Made by a program: the position numbers and the translations under genes
The notes under the pieces: model-generated
Seen by the model: only the letters and a program-made list of their open reading frames with translations
Database searches by the model: none
Told to the model about the DNA's origin: nothing
Shown here: positions 12,856 through 27,641 of the stretch, in pieces
Numbering within the stretch: position 1 is the first letter of the stretch
Layout of the letters: each line of letters begins with the position of its first letter
Assembly: GCA_964304625.1 (NCBI GenBank)
Contig: OZ199840.1
Span: 4,440,490 to 4,504,489, forward strand
DNA: 64,000 nucleotides
Direction: 5' to 3'
Origin: Kudoa neothunni
Lineage: Eukaryota > Animalia > Cnidaria

Positions 12856-15560
12856 GAAAGAAATTAGTGGTAAACAAAGCATAACAAATTAAATAATATT
12901 GAGTTTAAATTAGTAAGAATCAGTATAAGCAGGATAACTTTAATTGGTGGAATATAAAGAGATAATAGAAAAATAATTCTAACGGATAATTATATCTAAA
13001 AATCTATCCTAAATTTAATTGAACTTTGTTAATGTTTATGAAAGAATTTACAAAGAATAAGCATAATAACTTTAGAAAAAATTTAAACAATAACTTAAAA
13101 TAAACTCTCTGATTAGAAATAACTCAACATCCTTTAATTTTTAATTTTTTCGTTCTTAAATTCTTTTTCTACTTTAAAAAGTAATATGAAATTCATTGTA
13201 TCACTATTAGAGAGTAAACTACGATCATGGTTGAAAAGCGCTGTTAAATGATTGTATTGAATCTGCTGTTAGCGTCAGCTTTGAATTTTAGTAAGTAGAA
13301 ATCTATTTCTTCCAAATAGGTATAGAATGATTTATGTCACAGCCATAAGACAATAAATCAATATACTTATATAAAACTGTTTTATAAACTGAATAAGTTA
13401 ATTTTAACAAACTTTATATGTATATTATTTAATTTTTATAACAAAATAACCGGTTAATTATTACTTTAAACATAATCACTACTCAGTTATATATAAATTC
13501 AAATTCGATATAAAAAATTATACTCTTAAGAGATAATTGGATAAATAAAAATTAATTGTAAAAAAAAACTGTCGTTTGTATGCCCAAGTATGCATACACG
13601 ATCAAATTTTTTCCCTTATAGGAGAATATTTGTTGGAACTTTTTATAGCTTCTGATATTTATAAAATGATGATTTATTAAATTTAAATTTGTTAAGTGGA
13701 TTCCACTATTTAAATAATAGAATTAAACACCGTTGTTTTAGTGTTACAGTCAATTAAATTAATTTAAATTTATCGCTTATATGTTATTATCAAACATTAA
13801 TTCAACAATATCATCTATTCTTAATTATAAAATAGGTATTAATTTATACTTTGTCTTGGTTAGATGTAGCGCGTATACGAAATTATCCGGAGTTTTTCTT
13901 AAATATGAATCAAAACAAAATTCCCCTTAATATTCTTTAAGACTAAAAATAACCCTCCGATTATCAACCCCCTGTATAATATTTAAAAATATTAGATTGA
14001 TAAATTCACATTATTTCAGACTTACATTTCACAGATTATTCAAAAAATAAAATTTTGGAATTATATCCATAATAATTAATTATTATATTTATTGTTCAAT
14101 TTCCGATGATATTATTTTATTAGATATTTTATTTCAAAAAGTTGTATTTTAATGTACGATAAAAATTTGTTTGAAATTTTATTCCACATTAACCCTTCAA
14201 GCATAGTTTACTCTTGTAAGATATGAAAATTTACATTTTTTTAATTTCCTGTTGGCCACAAACCTAATAGATAACAGCTTATATATTCGATAGTAGACTG
14301 CGTGGAAAAAAAATGGATGAGAACAAAATAAACGTTATCTTTTGTTCTGTAATAGATTAAAACAAAAATAAATACTTTTTAAATACAGTGAATGTACGCA
14401 TACTAAAGATTTTTGCTGGTTAAATGTAAGCTCTTGGTTTGTCAGACTTACAAATAGAAATCTAGCCTCATTTAATACAACATCATTAGAACGATAAAAT
14501 TTACCCAATATTTAGATCACTTATTAAAAAATTAATTAATAATTTAATAAAAAGTTTATTATTAGATTAATATATAATAATGTGGATAACTTTGGGTGCG
14601 AACCTTAATAAAATGATTCAATCATATTTTTCCTGTACTTAAAATTGATGATAAATCCGGTAATATTATCAGTAAAACGATAATTTTAGAATAAAAGGGA
14701 CGAAAACAATATTAGTATCATTCGGATTGTCTAAACATTAAATTTTCCGAATTTACAATTAATGATAAAAATCCGACCTAAGAATATTACAGATGTGATA
14801 AGTTACTACAAAATACACTATCGGAGGCAGTATTAATTTGACTTCAAGATCCGACGAGATGTTATCATTTTAATGTATCTCAAGGGATTCCTATGTTATA
14901 ACAAATGCGTCATTGTCGAGTTTGAGTAATTGTTTCAACCATAAATCTCTTAATGTATTCTCTATCGTTAATCCTAAGAGTAGGCACAAACGTGAAAAGT
15001 CTACGTGCATTTTATATTGCTTAGACCAACTACATTTTACTGCTTAAAACGTGCAGTTCACATTATTGAACATTATATCGTATTAAGGCATCATCTAATT
15101 TTCTCAATTATATACATTTGAGTATTATCTTTACAGTGTATTCACTCAAAAAATATTTTATATGAATATAGGGATTAAGAATAGTTGTTATTTCACACGA
15201 AGCGAAGAAACTTAAGCTCAACTGAGAGCTAATTCATCAAAATCAGCCCTTAAAATAACTTAAAATTTTAGTTGAATTTCAAGGTTGAATTGATAGAGCT
15301 AATTTTTTGATAAAAATTCAGTAACCATTTTGCCAACTGGCTACAAAACAACCAACCAAATTCCACAACTAACACATATGTGATAGCTTTAAATTTAGGA
15401 ATTAAGCACGTCTATTGATCAATAAAATTGAGATTTGGTGCGATGCACATGAATGTGTGAAAAATATTCACGGTGACAAATCCTTTCGATATGTTGGGCA
15501 TGCGCGGATTTAAAATCCACAGATAATCACTACACTGTAAACTATCCTATTGATACAACA

Positions 15561-18107
<2,547 letters not shown>

Positions 18108-18460
18108 GATACATTTTATGTGAATTAATGTAATGATTTTTTTTCTAATTTCAATTTTAGTTTCTATTTAATTAATATTTTTCCCCATCTGAAAAATTGT
18201 ATATAATACTTCCAGGCGTACTTGTCTTACATTTGACATCCTTATTGACGTCGTTACCCTTTCTTACTTTATTCAAGCTTAATCTGTGGCTATTTTAATT
18301 TAATACTTATTGTGTCTTCATTAAATTTAATTATTTAGAATATTAATTTATTTGATTCTTTTCGAATTTAATTATATTTTCACTATGGGTCGCCGTTTTC
18401 GACGTTAATTTTTTAAAAATTCGACGGCTAAAATCAACGTTTATTTTGGTTATTTTAGTT

Positions 18461-21445
18461 TAGTGGTTCCCAACCTGGGGTCCGTGGGAAGGGCTTGTGC
18501 CTTTAAGAAATTTTACACCCAGAAGTCGTTCTATCGTAAATTCCTATTTATAAGAAAAGCCGATCTCAAAAAATTCCCTTCGATATACAATTATACACAT
18601 ACAATTTTCAAAATTATTTAAGTTTAATACATATTATGTCTATTTTTATGATACATCATTTAATTTCTACTTGCGCTTATTTAAAAAACAAAACAATTTT
18701 ATCGCTTTAATGCTGTTAGTTACAAACAGCGTGTTGTTTGTTGCGTGTGCGATTCGTTTACGGACTTAGTTTGAAGTTAAAAGAAAAATTAGTCGTTAAC
18801 AATTTTGGATGGTTCGTTTTAATATCCATAATATTTTATGATTTTTTTCCGATGGTTTTAAAACATGAATTTTTATGCTTGCCATGAATTTTGTAATAAT
18901 TTTGTTTCGCTCTATTAAAACATAAAAATTATAAAATTAATTGAAGTTTTTATAGCATTTCTTTTTTACTTTAAAGAGAAAGAATGTATCAAACGGGGTT
19001 TACGTTAAAATATTGACAAATAAACCTCGAAAATCTATTACAAACGACGTGTCAGTTTAACATCCATATATACCTTTTTAAAATAAGTTAATTTATTTAA
19101 CGTTATAATTATTATTATTATAGACGATAACAATGAATTATCTAAAGAAGCGACAATATAACGAAAAATATATTTCATTTGGTTTTACATATATTACCAA
19201 AAAGGATGGCATACATAAACCACAATGTTTCTTTTGTGAATAAATTTCACTAAATACAAGTCCAAAACCGTCAAAACTAAAGGAAAATTTCAATTCAATC
19301 CACGCAGCTCTCATTAATTGTTCTATCGATGACCTTCACAAAAAAGGAATATTTTGATAATTCAAAACCATTAGATACTCTTGGATTTGTAAAGTCAACA
19401 AAACCATGTCTAGGAGCATCATATAAAATTACTTACGACGTAGCAAAACAAAAAAAGAGCACACAATTGCTGAAACATTGATAAAACCGTGTGCGCTGGA
19501 AATGATGGAGTTGGTCTGAAAAAAAAACAAAGGAAACTAATTGAAGCCATCCCTCTATCTAATAACAATTAAAAATAGAATAGTTGATATGTCTCAAAAC
19601 ATTTTGAATCAAGTGATCGCGGAATTACAGAACACTCCGTTTACGTAGAGTTTACAACTTAATGAATCCACCGATGTATCTCAGTGCAGCCAACTTATAG
19701 TTTTTGCCCCCTATGTTCACGAGAATAAACTCAAAAATGAGTTTTTATTTTGTCACCCAGTGATAAAAGAAGTAAAAGCCTCTGATATTTTTTATTTGTT
19801 GGATGATTTTTTTAAGAAACAAAACTTTGAGTGGACTAAGAAGTAATGTAGCATATGCACAGATGGTGCACTTGTTAAACAAAAAGTACCAAACCTTTTG
19901 GTAACACATTGTTTCCTTCATAGATATGCATTAGCTTCGAAAACTCCCTCATCGACATTAAAAGATTTTCTTGATATTGCAATGAAGGTGGTGAAGGAAA
20001 TTCAATCCAAGGCATCTAACTATCTACTTTTTAAAACTCTTTGTCAAGAAATGAACAAAGATTATGATGTGCTACTCTACCATACCGAAGTTCGTTGGTT
20101 ATATAAAGGTCAATACTTCAAACGATTATTTATTCTGAAAGATTAAGTTGCTATGTTTCTTAGAGAAAGAAATTATGATCTTTATAAATATTTTGACGAC
20201 AACATATTCATTTATGTAAGGGCATATCTCTCTGATATCTTTGAGCATATCAATAACTTAAATTTGTATATCTAGTGGAAAACGGTTACTTTGATTGACG
20301 CTTCTGAAAAATGCACTCTTTCACAGCAAAACTAACGCATTGGAAGAATAGTATTTTATCCGAAAATTATGTGAACTATGTGAACTTTCCACAATTTGAA
20401 GATTTGCTACAAACTGATGCCATTAAATTGCCAACATTAATGCCAGAAGAAATTTTAAACCACCTCACAATATTAAAATCCTCAGTTGAATGTTATTTTC
20501 CAACCACCAGAAATCTTCACCTTGATTCATGGATTCGAAATCCATTTATATATGACATCAGCACCATGGCCGACAACGATCCTTTGAAAAAACTGATTGA
20601 GCTGCAATCAATAAAAATCCTGCATCATGAAGTTAAACTAAAAAATGTTGTAGAATTTTGGTGTTTCACTAGAAAACTTTTCTCAAAACTCACAGAAAAG
20701 GCCTTAAAAAATAATACCTTTCACAACAACGTCCTTGTGCGAAGCTGGATTTTCCACACTGGTTCATATCAAACACAAATTCTGCAATAGACTAAATCCA
20801 GAACATAATATGCGAGTTTCTATTTCAAAAGCAATTCCTCATTTCGAATCACTCTTCGAAATTAAATAAAATCAAAATTCTCACTAATTGTAAGTTATAT
20901 TGTATAATATTAGTAAATCACTCATCCGTTTTAGTCATAAAGATGATGATATCGCGGAGTTCTTTAAAAATAAATACCATTTTTGTATATTAGAAATTTT
21001 AAAACATTAATTTATTTTGTTAGTAGCAAAGACTACGTTTTAATGAAAAACATTATTTTTTTCAATAGTTTCTTTTTTATTATTTTTGTTATTACTGTAA
21101 TTTTATTTCAACTAAGTTGTAAAATGTCGCTTCAGTATTAATCAAGACATGCATGTAGGTTCCTTATTCCTAAAATCGCTATTACATTTTAAATGCTAGA
21201 CGAAATAAAAATTGTATTTCAATATAATTACCTCAGGAACATTTTTAATAAAACTCGCTTTTAGTGAAAAATTTTTTTAAATAGAGCTAAAACTCGTAAA
21301 TGTATGTGAAAATTTAGCATATAAATTCATCTTTTTTAACAAAAATATTACTAGCAAACATTTACATGAAATGAAATGCTTGAGGTTCGTATTCGTTTGG
21401 CTTAGCTAATAGGGGGTACGCGTGTCAAAAAGGTTGGGACCACTG
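18461..21445 (+). mobile_element. Decayed hAT (Buster/Charlie, ZBED5/SCAND3-like) DNA transposon
   Basis: TIRs TAGTGGTTCCCAACCT (18461) and AGGTTGGGACCACTG (ends 21445). Fragmented transposase at ~19135-20885 with HTIAETLIKPCA, QLNESTDVSQCSQL, THCFLHRYALASK, LLYHTEVRWL, WIRNPF and CEAGFS motifs, plus stops and frameshifts. Confidence 0.9.
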
Positions 21446-22409
21446 ATATACAGTTATGATCGAAACAAAGTAGACTCACATAAGACTCATCTTTTCTCAG
21501 ATTTTCGACTGCTAGTCAATCTCATATTTTCATTTTGTTATTTCTGAGACAATACATTGATTAAAGTTTTTAAAATTCTTTTAATTTTGTTCAGTTATTG
21601 TTTTAATCCTCTGTATTTTATCAATTACTATAGTTAATTATTTTCATATCTTCATTATGAAACTGGAAACCATTCCTTTATACTATGTAGAATAAATATG
21701 ACCTACAAATGTTTATGATTTAAGTTTCGAAAGTATATAAAATATATTTTAGAGCAAAATTTGAAGGAATCATAAATAATCTGATGATAACATTAAGTCT
21801 TAAAATTAATTGATTTATTATAAATTAAAAAAGTAATATTGATTTTAAATAATATTTCCTCAATTAGAATTACTCTACGAAAATTGTCAAACTGTTATTG
21901 ATAATTAGAAAGTACGTTAATAATGTCAATTTTTAAATTACTCGTATATTTAGACAAAATGATAAGTTTTACTTTTAATTTAAAGAAAGATAAATTACTA
22001 AAAAATTCTACATTATAAAAAATGTAGTGAATATGAAATATAATTACGGTTTAAAGTTACATCGACTTAATTTCTATCATTAATAAAAAAATTATCTTAT
22101 TTTATTCTATATTTAAATTACCTTATTAATTTATAAAATTTTCGGCTAAAGTGAGTCACGAAAAAGATTTTACATATTTAGAAAGAATGAGTGAGCACAT
22201 TTGAGAAACTTTTTAAGAATATTCAGATTAAATTATATTAATTTTTAAATATATTTAAATATTGTTAGCGTTAAATCATAGATCAGAACTACTAAAAGTC
22301 GATGCATGTAATATTCAAGTTATTTTTAAAAAATAATTAAATAGCTAAATTAATAAAATTCAACCACTGTAGAGACAATCAAAACACAATATTAAACGAA
22401 AAATATATA

Positions 22410-23455
22410 CAGTTATGCAGAGATACTACGCATTATTCTGGGGCAAAGACACGAGTGCGTAATAACCCTGCACTATTTAATATCCATGTGCCAGAGCTTG
22501 CGCGACCACTTTTCTGCTTTTTTTGTTTATTCCCAACTAGCACTAATGATAACTTAAATAGAGAGATGTGATAAATTATCGTAATAATTATTTTATTGTT
22601 CACAGGTTATTTTTAAAATAAATAAAATAGTTTAAGACAGAATTATTTTTTCAACGAGAAATTTGTTATTTCTCTTGTTTTAACAGAGTTTATTTTATTT
22701 TGCAAAAGGTAAAATTTAACGTTGTAATGTGTTCCAGCATTTCGGCGTGACAGATCTTGAATAGTTTCTTTATTTCTTTCAGATTTTCTAATTTATTTGT
22801 TCATTTTTAGACTAACTCTCGAAGCAAACTCATGGAACCGTCATCGATCGACAGTTATAGAAATGTTGTCTTTCGTATGGTCTTTTATGCCATTGACCAA
22901 TTTATTTTCCTATTATTTTGTACTCTCTGGACAGCTTTATATTTCTCGCTCTCAAATGTTCGATCCATTTTTTCATCCATTCGTATATAGAATAGTTTGA
23001 TCTTTTTACAAGAGTTTTGCGATAAAATCGTAAATCATTTGAAATAAAGTCTACAAATATTTTGGATTTTATTAATACGATTGTATTAAATGAGGTGACT
23101 GATTTAAGGCCGGAGTGCCTAACAATTTTCATTTTAGAGTCACGCTTAGTTCCTAATTTTTCCAATTATTTAATAATCTACACGTTTTCTTCAAGTAGTT
23201 GATAATTTTCACTGTTTTCCGACTGCGCACTAACTATGCCAATTGAATCAAACAACAGATTTAAGATGCGAAATAACCATGAACTTCTATTTTTCCCAAC
23301 AAAAAAAATATTTCTTAATTCGATAATTATATTAGTCGACGTATTTTACTCTTATCTCAAGATTCATATCTGTAGTTAATTCGTATATTTTGAATTTTCG
23401 GCACTATTTCTAAAAGTGCGCAATAACCAAGCTATGTAATAACCCTGCACTACTG
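22410..23455 (-). mobile_element. Deleted pogo/Tigger-like element
   Basis: TA-flanked ends CAGTTATGCAGAGATACTACGCA and TGTAATAACCCTGCACTACTG. CENP-B-like HTH remnant on the minus strand (IYEWMKKWIEHLRARNIKLS). The end sequence at 23250-23455 recurs at ~45050-45240. Confidence 0.65.
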
Positions 23456-23841
23456 TATATGCTCTGAAATGATGAATAATATTCAATTACATATTATGAA
23501 TAATGGTGCTTTCATTTTTTATTAGTTATTTGGAAAAAGTTAATATATTAAGTAACATATAATTCACATAAATAAATATAATATTTATAATTATTAAAAT
23601 TATTCTAATAATATTAGTGCTGTTATAATACGCCTTAAATTCTTAATGAGCAATCGTTGACGATCAAAAAAATTCTCTATTTCGTTTGAATTAATTATTA
23701 CCATATTAATAACCATTCATAAATAATGAATAATCACTCCGATTAATAAATTATGATTCATCGAAGTATTATACATAATTTAAGGAATTGAATTCGTATT
23801 TAATATCTATCATTAACGACTGTTTTATATTATTTGGTTTG

Positions 23842-25230
23842 ATGTTGGTATTTTCATTATTTCCTATTTTTATAACAATTGTTACAGCAGGTAATTCAAT
23901 CAATTTGTTATATATTTGTATATAATTATTTACTTTATCAAGAGAGAGCTTTACCTTCTTACGAAAAAGATGAAGGTCAAGCACCAGTTTGGTTGGCAAG
24001 TAAAGAGCTAAAAGATAAGGCTGCCGTCGAGAGATGGTATATTGACAAATCTGACGCCACATGCAAACCTTTCATTTATCTTGGATCTCTCGGAAATTTC
24101 AACAACTTTGTTTCAAGAGCTGCTTGCAACGAGCATCGTACATTGCGTTTAATTTATTTAAGCGTTTAATATTGAAATAGTAAAATTTAAACCAGAGGAA
24201 CAGGCAGATGCATGTGAGTTAGGCAAATCAGAAGGAGTTTGTGGCCTAACTGGCGATAAAATGCTGACAAGATGGTACTTTAGCAAAGATGCTGTTGACA
24301 GCAAGACGAACTCTTGCCACAGCTTCAAATACAACGGTTGTGGTGGAAACGCGAACAATTTCGAATCAAAAAAAGAATGTGAACAGGCTTGCCAAAGTAA
24401 TTCTCTCATTATTTCTTGTAGATTTTAAAATCAATAAAAATCATCCAACATATTTTTAAATTATATTGATAGATACCAAAAATGGCAAAATACCGGGATC
24501 ATTCGTCGCTTCCACAATGACAGCAACTCCAAATGAATTTGATTGCAAATTTGTACCTGAAGTAAAAACTGAGAGACCCAAAATGGGGATAATTCCTCAC
24601 AAAGATGGAAATAGATGTGTTTATGCTGCCGTTGGGACGGCTGCCAATAGGGGATTTTTTGACGATTTACCAACTTGTGTCAAGACTTGCATAAGTATAT
24701 AACTCAAAGTAGTAAATAATTTATTGATCTCAAATAGAAAAGACAGTTGCAGCCTGCAATGCTGAAGGTCCATACCAAGTTGTATCACAAGAAGCAGACA
24801 TAACTACGGGAGATGAATACTTCTATTTCAATAAAACTCTTGCATTATGTCTGCCCTTTTTGTCAAAGGCGCCAACTGAAAATACCCCCAAAATTGACGA
24901 TGGTACATTGAACATATTTAGCTCCGCTGAGCTATGTGCAAGTTTTTGTCCTGCAAGTATTAATTAATTTAGAATAAAACGCATAATATTAATTCAGCTG
25001 CTCATATTGGCCAATTAACTGCAGTTGAAGCTTGTAAACTGCCAAAAACTGGAGTGTCAGGTGATAATGATAAATACAAAATTGAGAGATTCTACTACAA
25101 TCATTCCGCAGAGGAGGGCAATAAATGCACATCGTTTAAATTTAATGGAAAAGACATGAACTTAAATAATTTCAAAGATAGTACTGCTTGCGAAAAAATT
25201 TGCAAGGAACCCATGTCAAACACAGGCTAA
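23842..25230 (+). CDS. Secreted protein with five Kunitz/BPTI-like domains
   Basis: Signal exon MLVFSLFPIFITIVTA, then five phase-1 exons each encoding one domain: ERWYIDKSDATCKPFIYLGSLGNFNNFVSRAAC; CELGKSEGVC..RWYF..CHSFKYNGCGGNANNFESKKECEQAC; CKFVP..RCVYAAVGTAANRGFFDDLPTCVKTC; YFYFNKTLALCLPF..NIFSSAELCASFC; CKLPK..ERFYYN..KCTSFKFNGKDMNLNNFKDSTACEKIC. Stop TAA at 25228-25230. Confidence 0.9.
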
Positions 25231-25791
25231 TTTTTCGATCACATATCAGCGAACAAACATTTTATGAGTTTTAACCACTTAAATATAAAAAAAACTTGGT
25301 ATTTTATTGCTCTCTGAGTATATATTTCTTATAACCATTTGAATTTGGCATAAAACAGTGTTTTAAATATAAATACATAACAAAATTATCAGAGAGAAGT
25401 ATTTGTGTAATACACGGCTAAGAATAAGGCAGTGTCTATTTTTCCAAAAACGATTTTTCTTCTAGAATAATATTTCAATCGTTATCATTGTTTCCAAAAA
25501 ATATCTGTTATAAATGCAGAATATAGATTTAGTTTCATTGGTTCAAGGGGTTACTATAACATAGTTAATTGTTATCAATAGAATTCAAATGAAACCAAGG
25601 TGCTGTAAAACTATTTGACCAATTCACTTTTTACAATTCTTACAAAAAGAAAAATATTCCCACGAAATGATTTATATATCACTAAAATTTAATAAAATAT
25701 TGAATTTTCTACTTTTTAATTTGTAACCAATTGGTACTGTGTAACTTCATATAGAGTTATTTGGATCCTATATATCGACTTTGTTGTTATA

Positions 25792-26980
25792 GCGGGTTTT
25801 ACATCCAAAACCGAACAGGGCGTTATTAAGCATAGGAAAGCGAGGAAACAAATAAATTTAAATACAAAAAAATGTCAAGAAATAATATTTCAGATGACTT
25901 AAGAAAACGCGCCATTAAGCTTGTGGTTGATGAAGGAAAATCTTTCTCCGTGGTAGCTCACGATCTAGGAATACCAAAATCTACCCTGCATGGCATGGTT
26001 AAAAGGTATTAAACATTCGAAACCTATACAAAAGGTGTAAGAGGAGGCCCAAGGGAAATTAAGATTATTGAGGAAGTCAAACGCCAACTTCTCCAGCTTA
26101 TTGAGTTCAACTGTACCATAACTTAACAGTCTATGATCCAAAAACTCAATTTGGATGTGATTCAAACAACCGTTTGGAGATGGATCAAAAAAATGAACAT
26201 ATTTAAAATGATAAGACAGATACCTCAAAGCCGCAATTCACCCGATGTAAAGCAAGAACGGAGAGAATACGCCAATTGTTACACAAACTTTCCAATAAAT
26301 GTACGGTATGAAAGGGTGATATTCGTCGATGAAAGCCCCTTTTCCTTCCATTTACTACGCTCTCATGGGCGCGTTCCTGTTAAAATAACTTCCAATCCAG
26401 TGGTGACTAACAGTAGAGGGCCGAACGTAACCATGATCCTGGCTGTCAGTGCTATCAGCGTAGTTTACTGTGAAGCCATTACCAGGGGCGTAAATTGCGA
26501 AATTTTTAAACAATTTTTAAACCAGTTAAAAAATGTGTTGGGCAATGGAGACCACATTATTGTCATGGATAACGTCAGATTCCATCATTCTAATATGGAA
26601 TTTTTTGACGACTATCCGTATGAGATAAAATATCTACCTCGATACTCGCCATTTTTTGAACCCTTTTGAGGTGGTATTTTCTCAAATTAAATCGAAAACT
26701 AGAAAAGATAGCCCTATCTGTGGACATATTGATTTAATACAGGGAATGACAACTTCCTCTCAATCTGTAATTGAGGAAAATTTAAAGAATTACTTTCAAC
26801 GTAGTGAAAGTTTTCTTAGATTGTGTCATACCTTACATGACATTCCTAGAAATTAAAAACTATTATAATCTTCATTAATTTTTATAAATTATATTTGAGT
26901 TTTTTTTTAATTTTAAATGCAGCATAAAATAAATTTTTGCTTAAGTATATACAGCGTCCGGTTTTGGATGTTAAACCCGG
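25792..26980 (+). mobile_element. IS630/Tc1-like (DDE_3) transposon, disrupted transposase
   Basis: TA-flanked TIRs (G)CGGGTTTTACATCCAAAACCGAAC and GTCCGGTTTTGGATGTTAAACCCGG. Motifs IFVDESPF, IIVMDNVRFH and YLPRYSPF-NPFEVVFSQIK, with frameshifts, at 25872-26856. Confidence 0.9.
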
Positions 26981-27641
26981 TAGAGGGTTAAAGATAAATT
27001 TTGTAATGTTACATTTAAACAAAATTATAAACTTCAATTATTACTAAAAAATTAAAATAATTATTTAAATATTTTTAAGAAATGGTAAAATAAATATGTA
27101 TGAATTTATATATATGTTATGATATTTTTCCATACCATCGAATAGATAATCAGTCGTCTCGGATCCAATCAGAGGGTTAAATAGCCCCAAAAATGTTTAA
27201 TGTTAGTGTAATTAAAAATAATTTGAGTAGAAGTCATTTTATTTGCAGGAATACACAAGAATGAAGGTTGTTGTGTTAGTGATTACAAATCCTCTTCGAT
27301 TCCATTAAACTAAAGTGTTTCATTTGTATACAATACGTATTCATTTATTTAACTGATTAATACACTAGGAGATATGAATGCATTAGTTTGTCTTTAATAC
27401 TTTGAATTGATTCATTGGTTTATAGTCTACGCGTACACTCATTAAGTTTAGAATTTCATCTCTAATTTTCCTGCGATACTCTTTACATAATATATTCCTA
27501 TTTTTATTTTCTAAATATTTTATTTGATATTTAATGATAAGGCCGGTTATATCCAGCGTATTGAACCGAATGAAATTTATTCGCGATTTACTTGGTGCTC
27601 ATTAATTCCGATAATAGATAATAACGAAGAATTAATATAAT

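Noticed and set aside
14189-15180. Possible piggyBac MITE starting TTAACCCTT
   Set aside because: No convincing matching right TIR.
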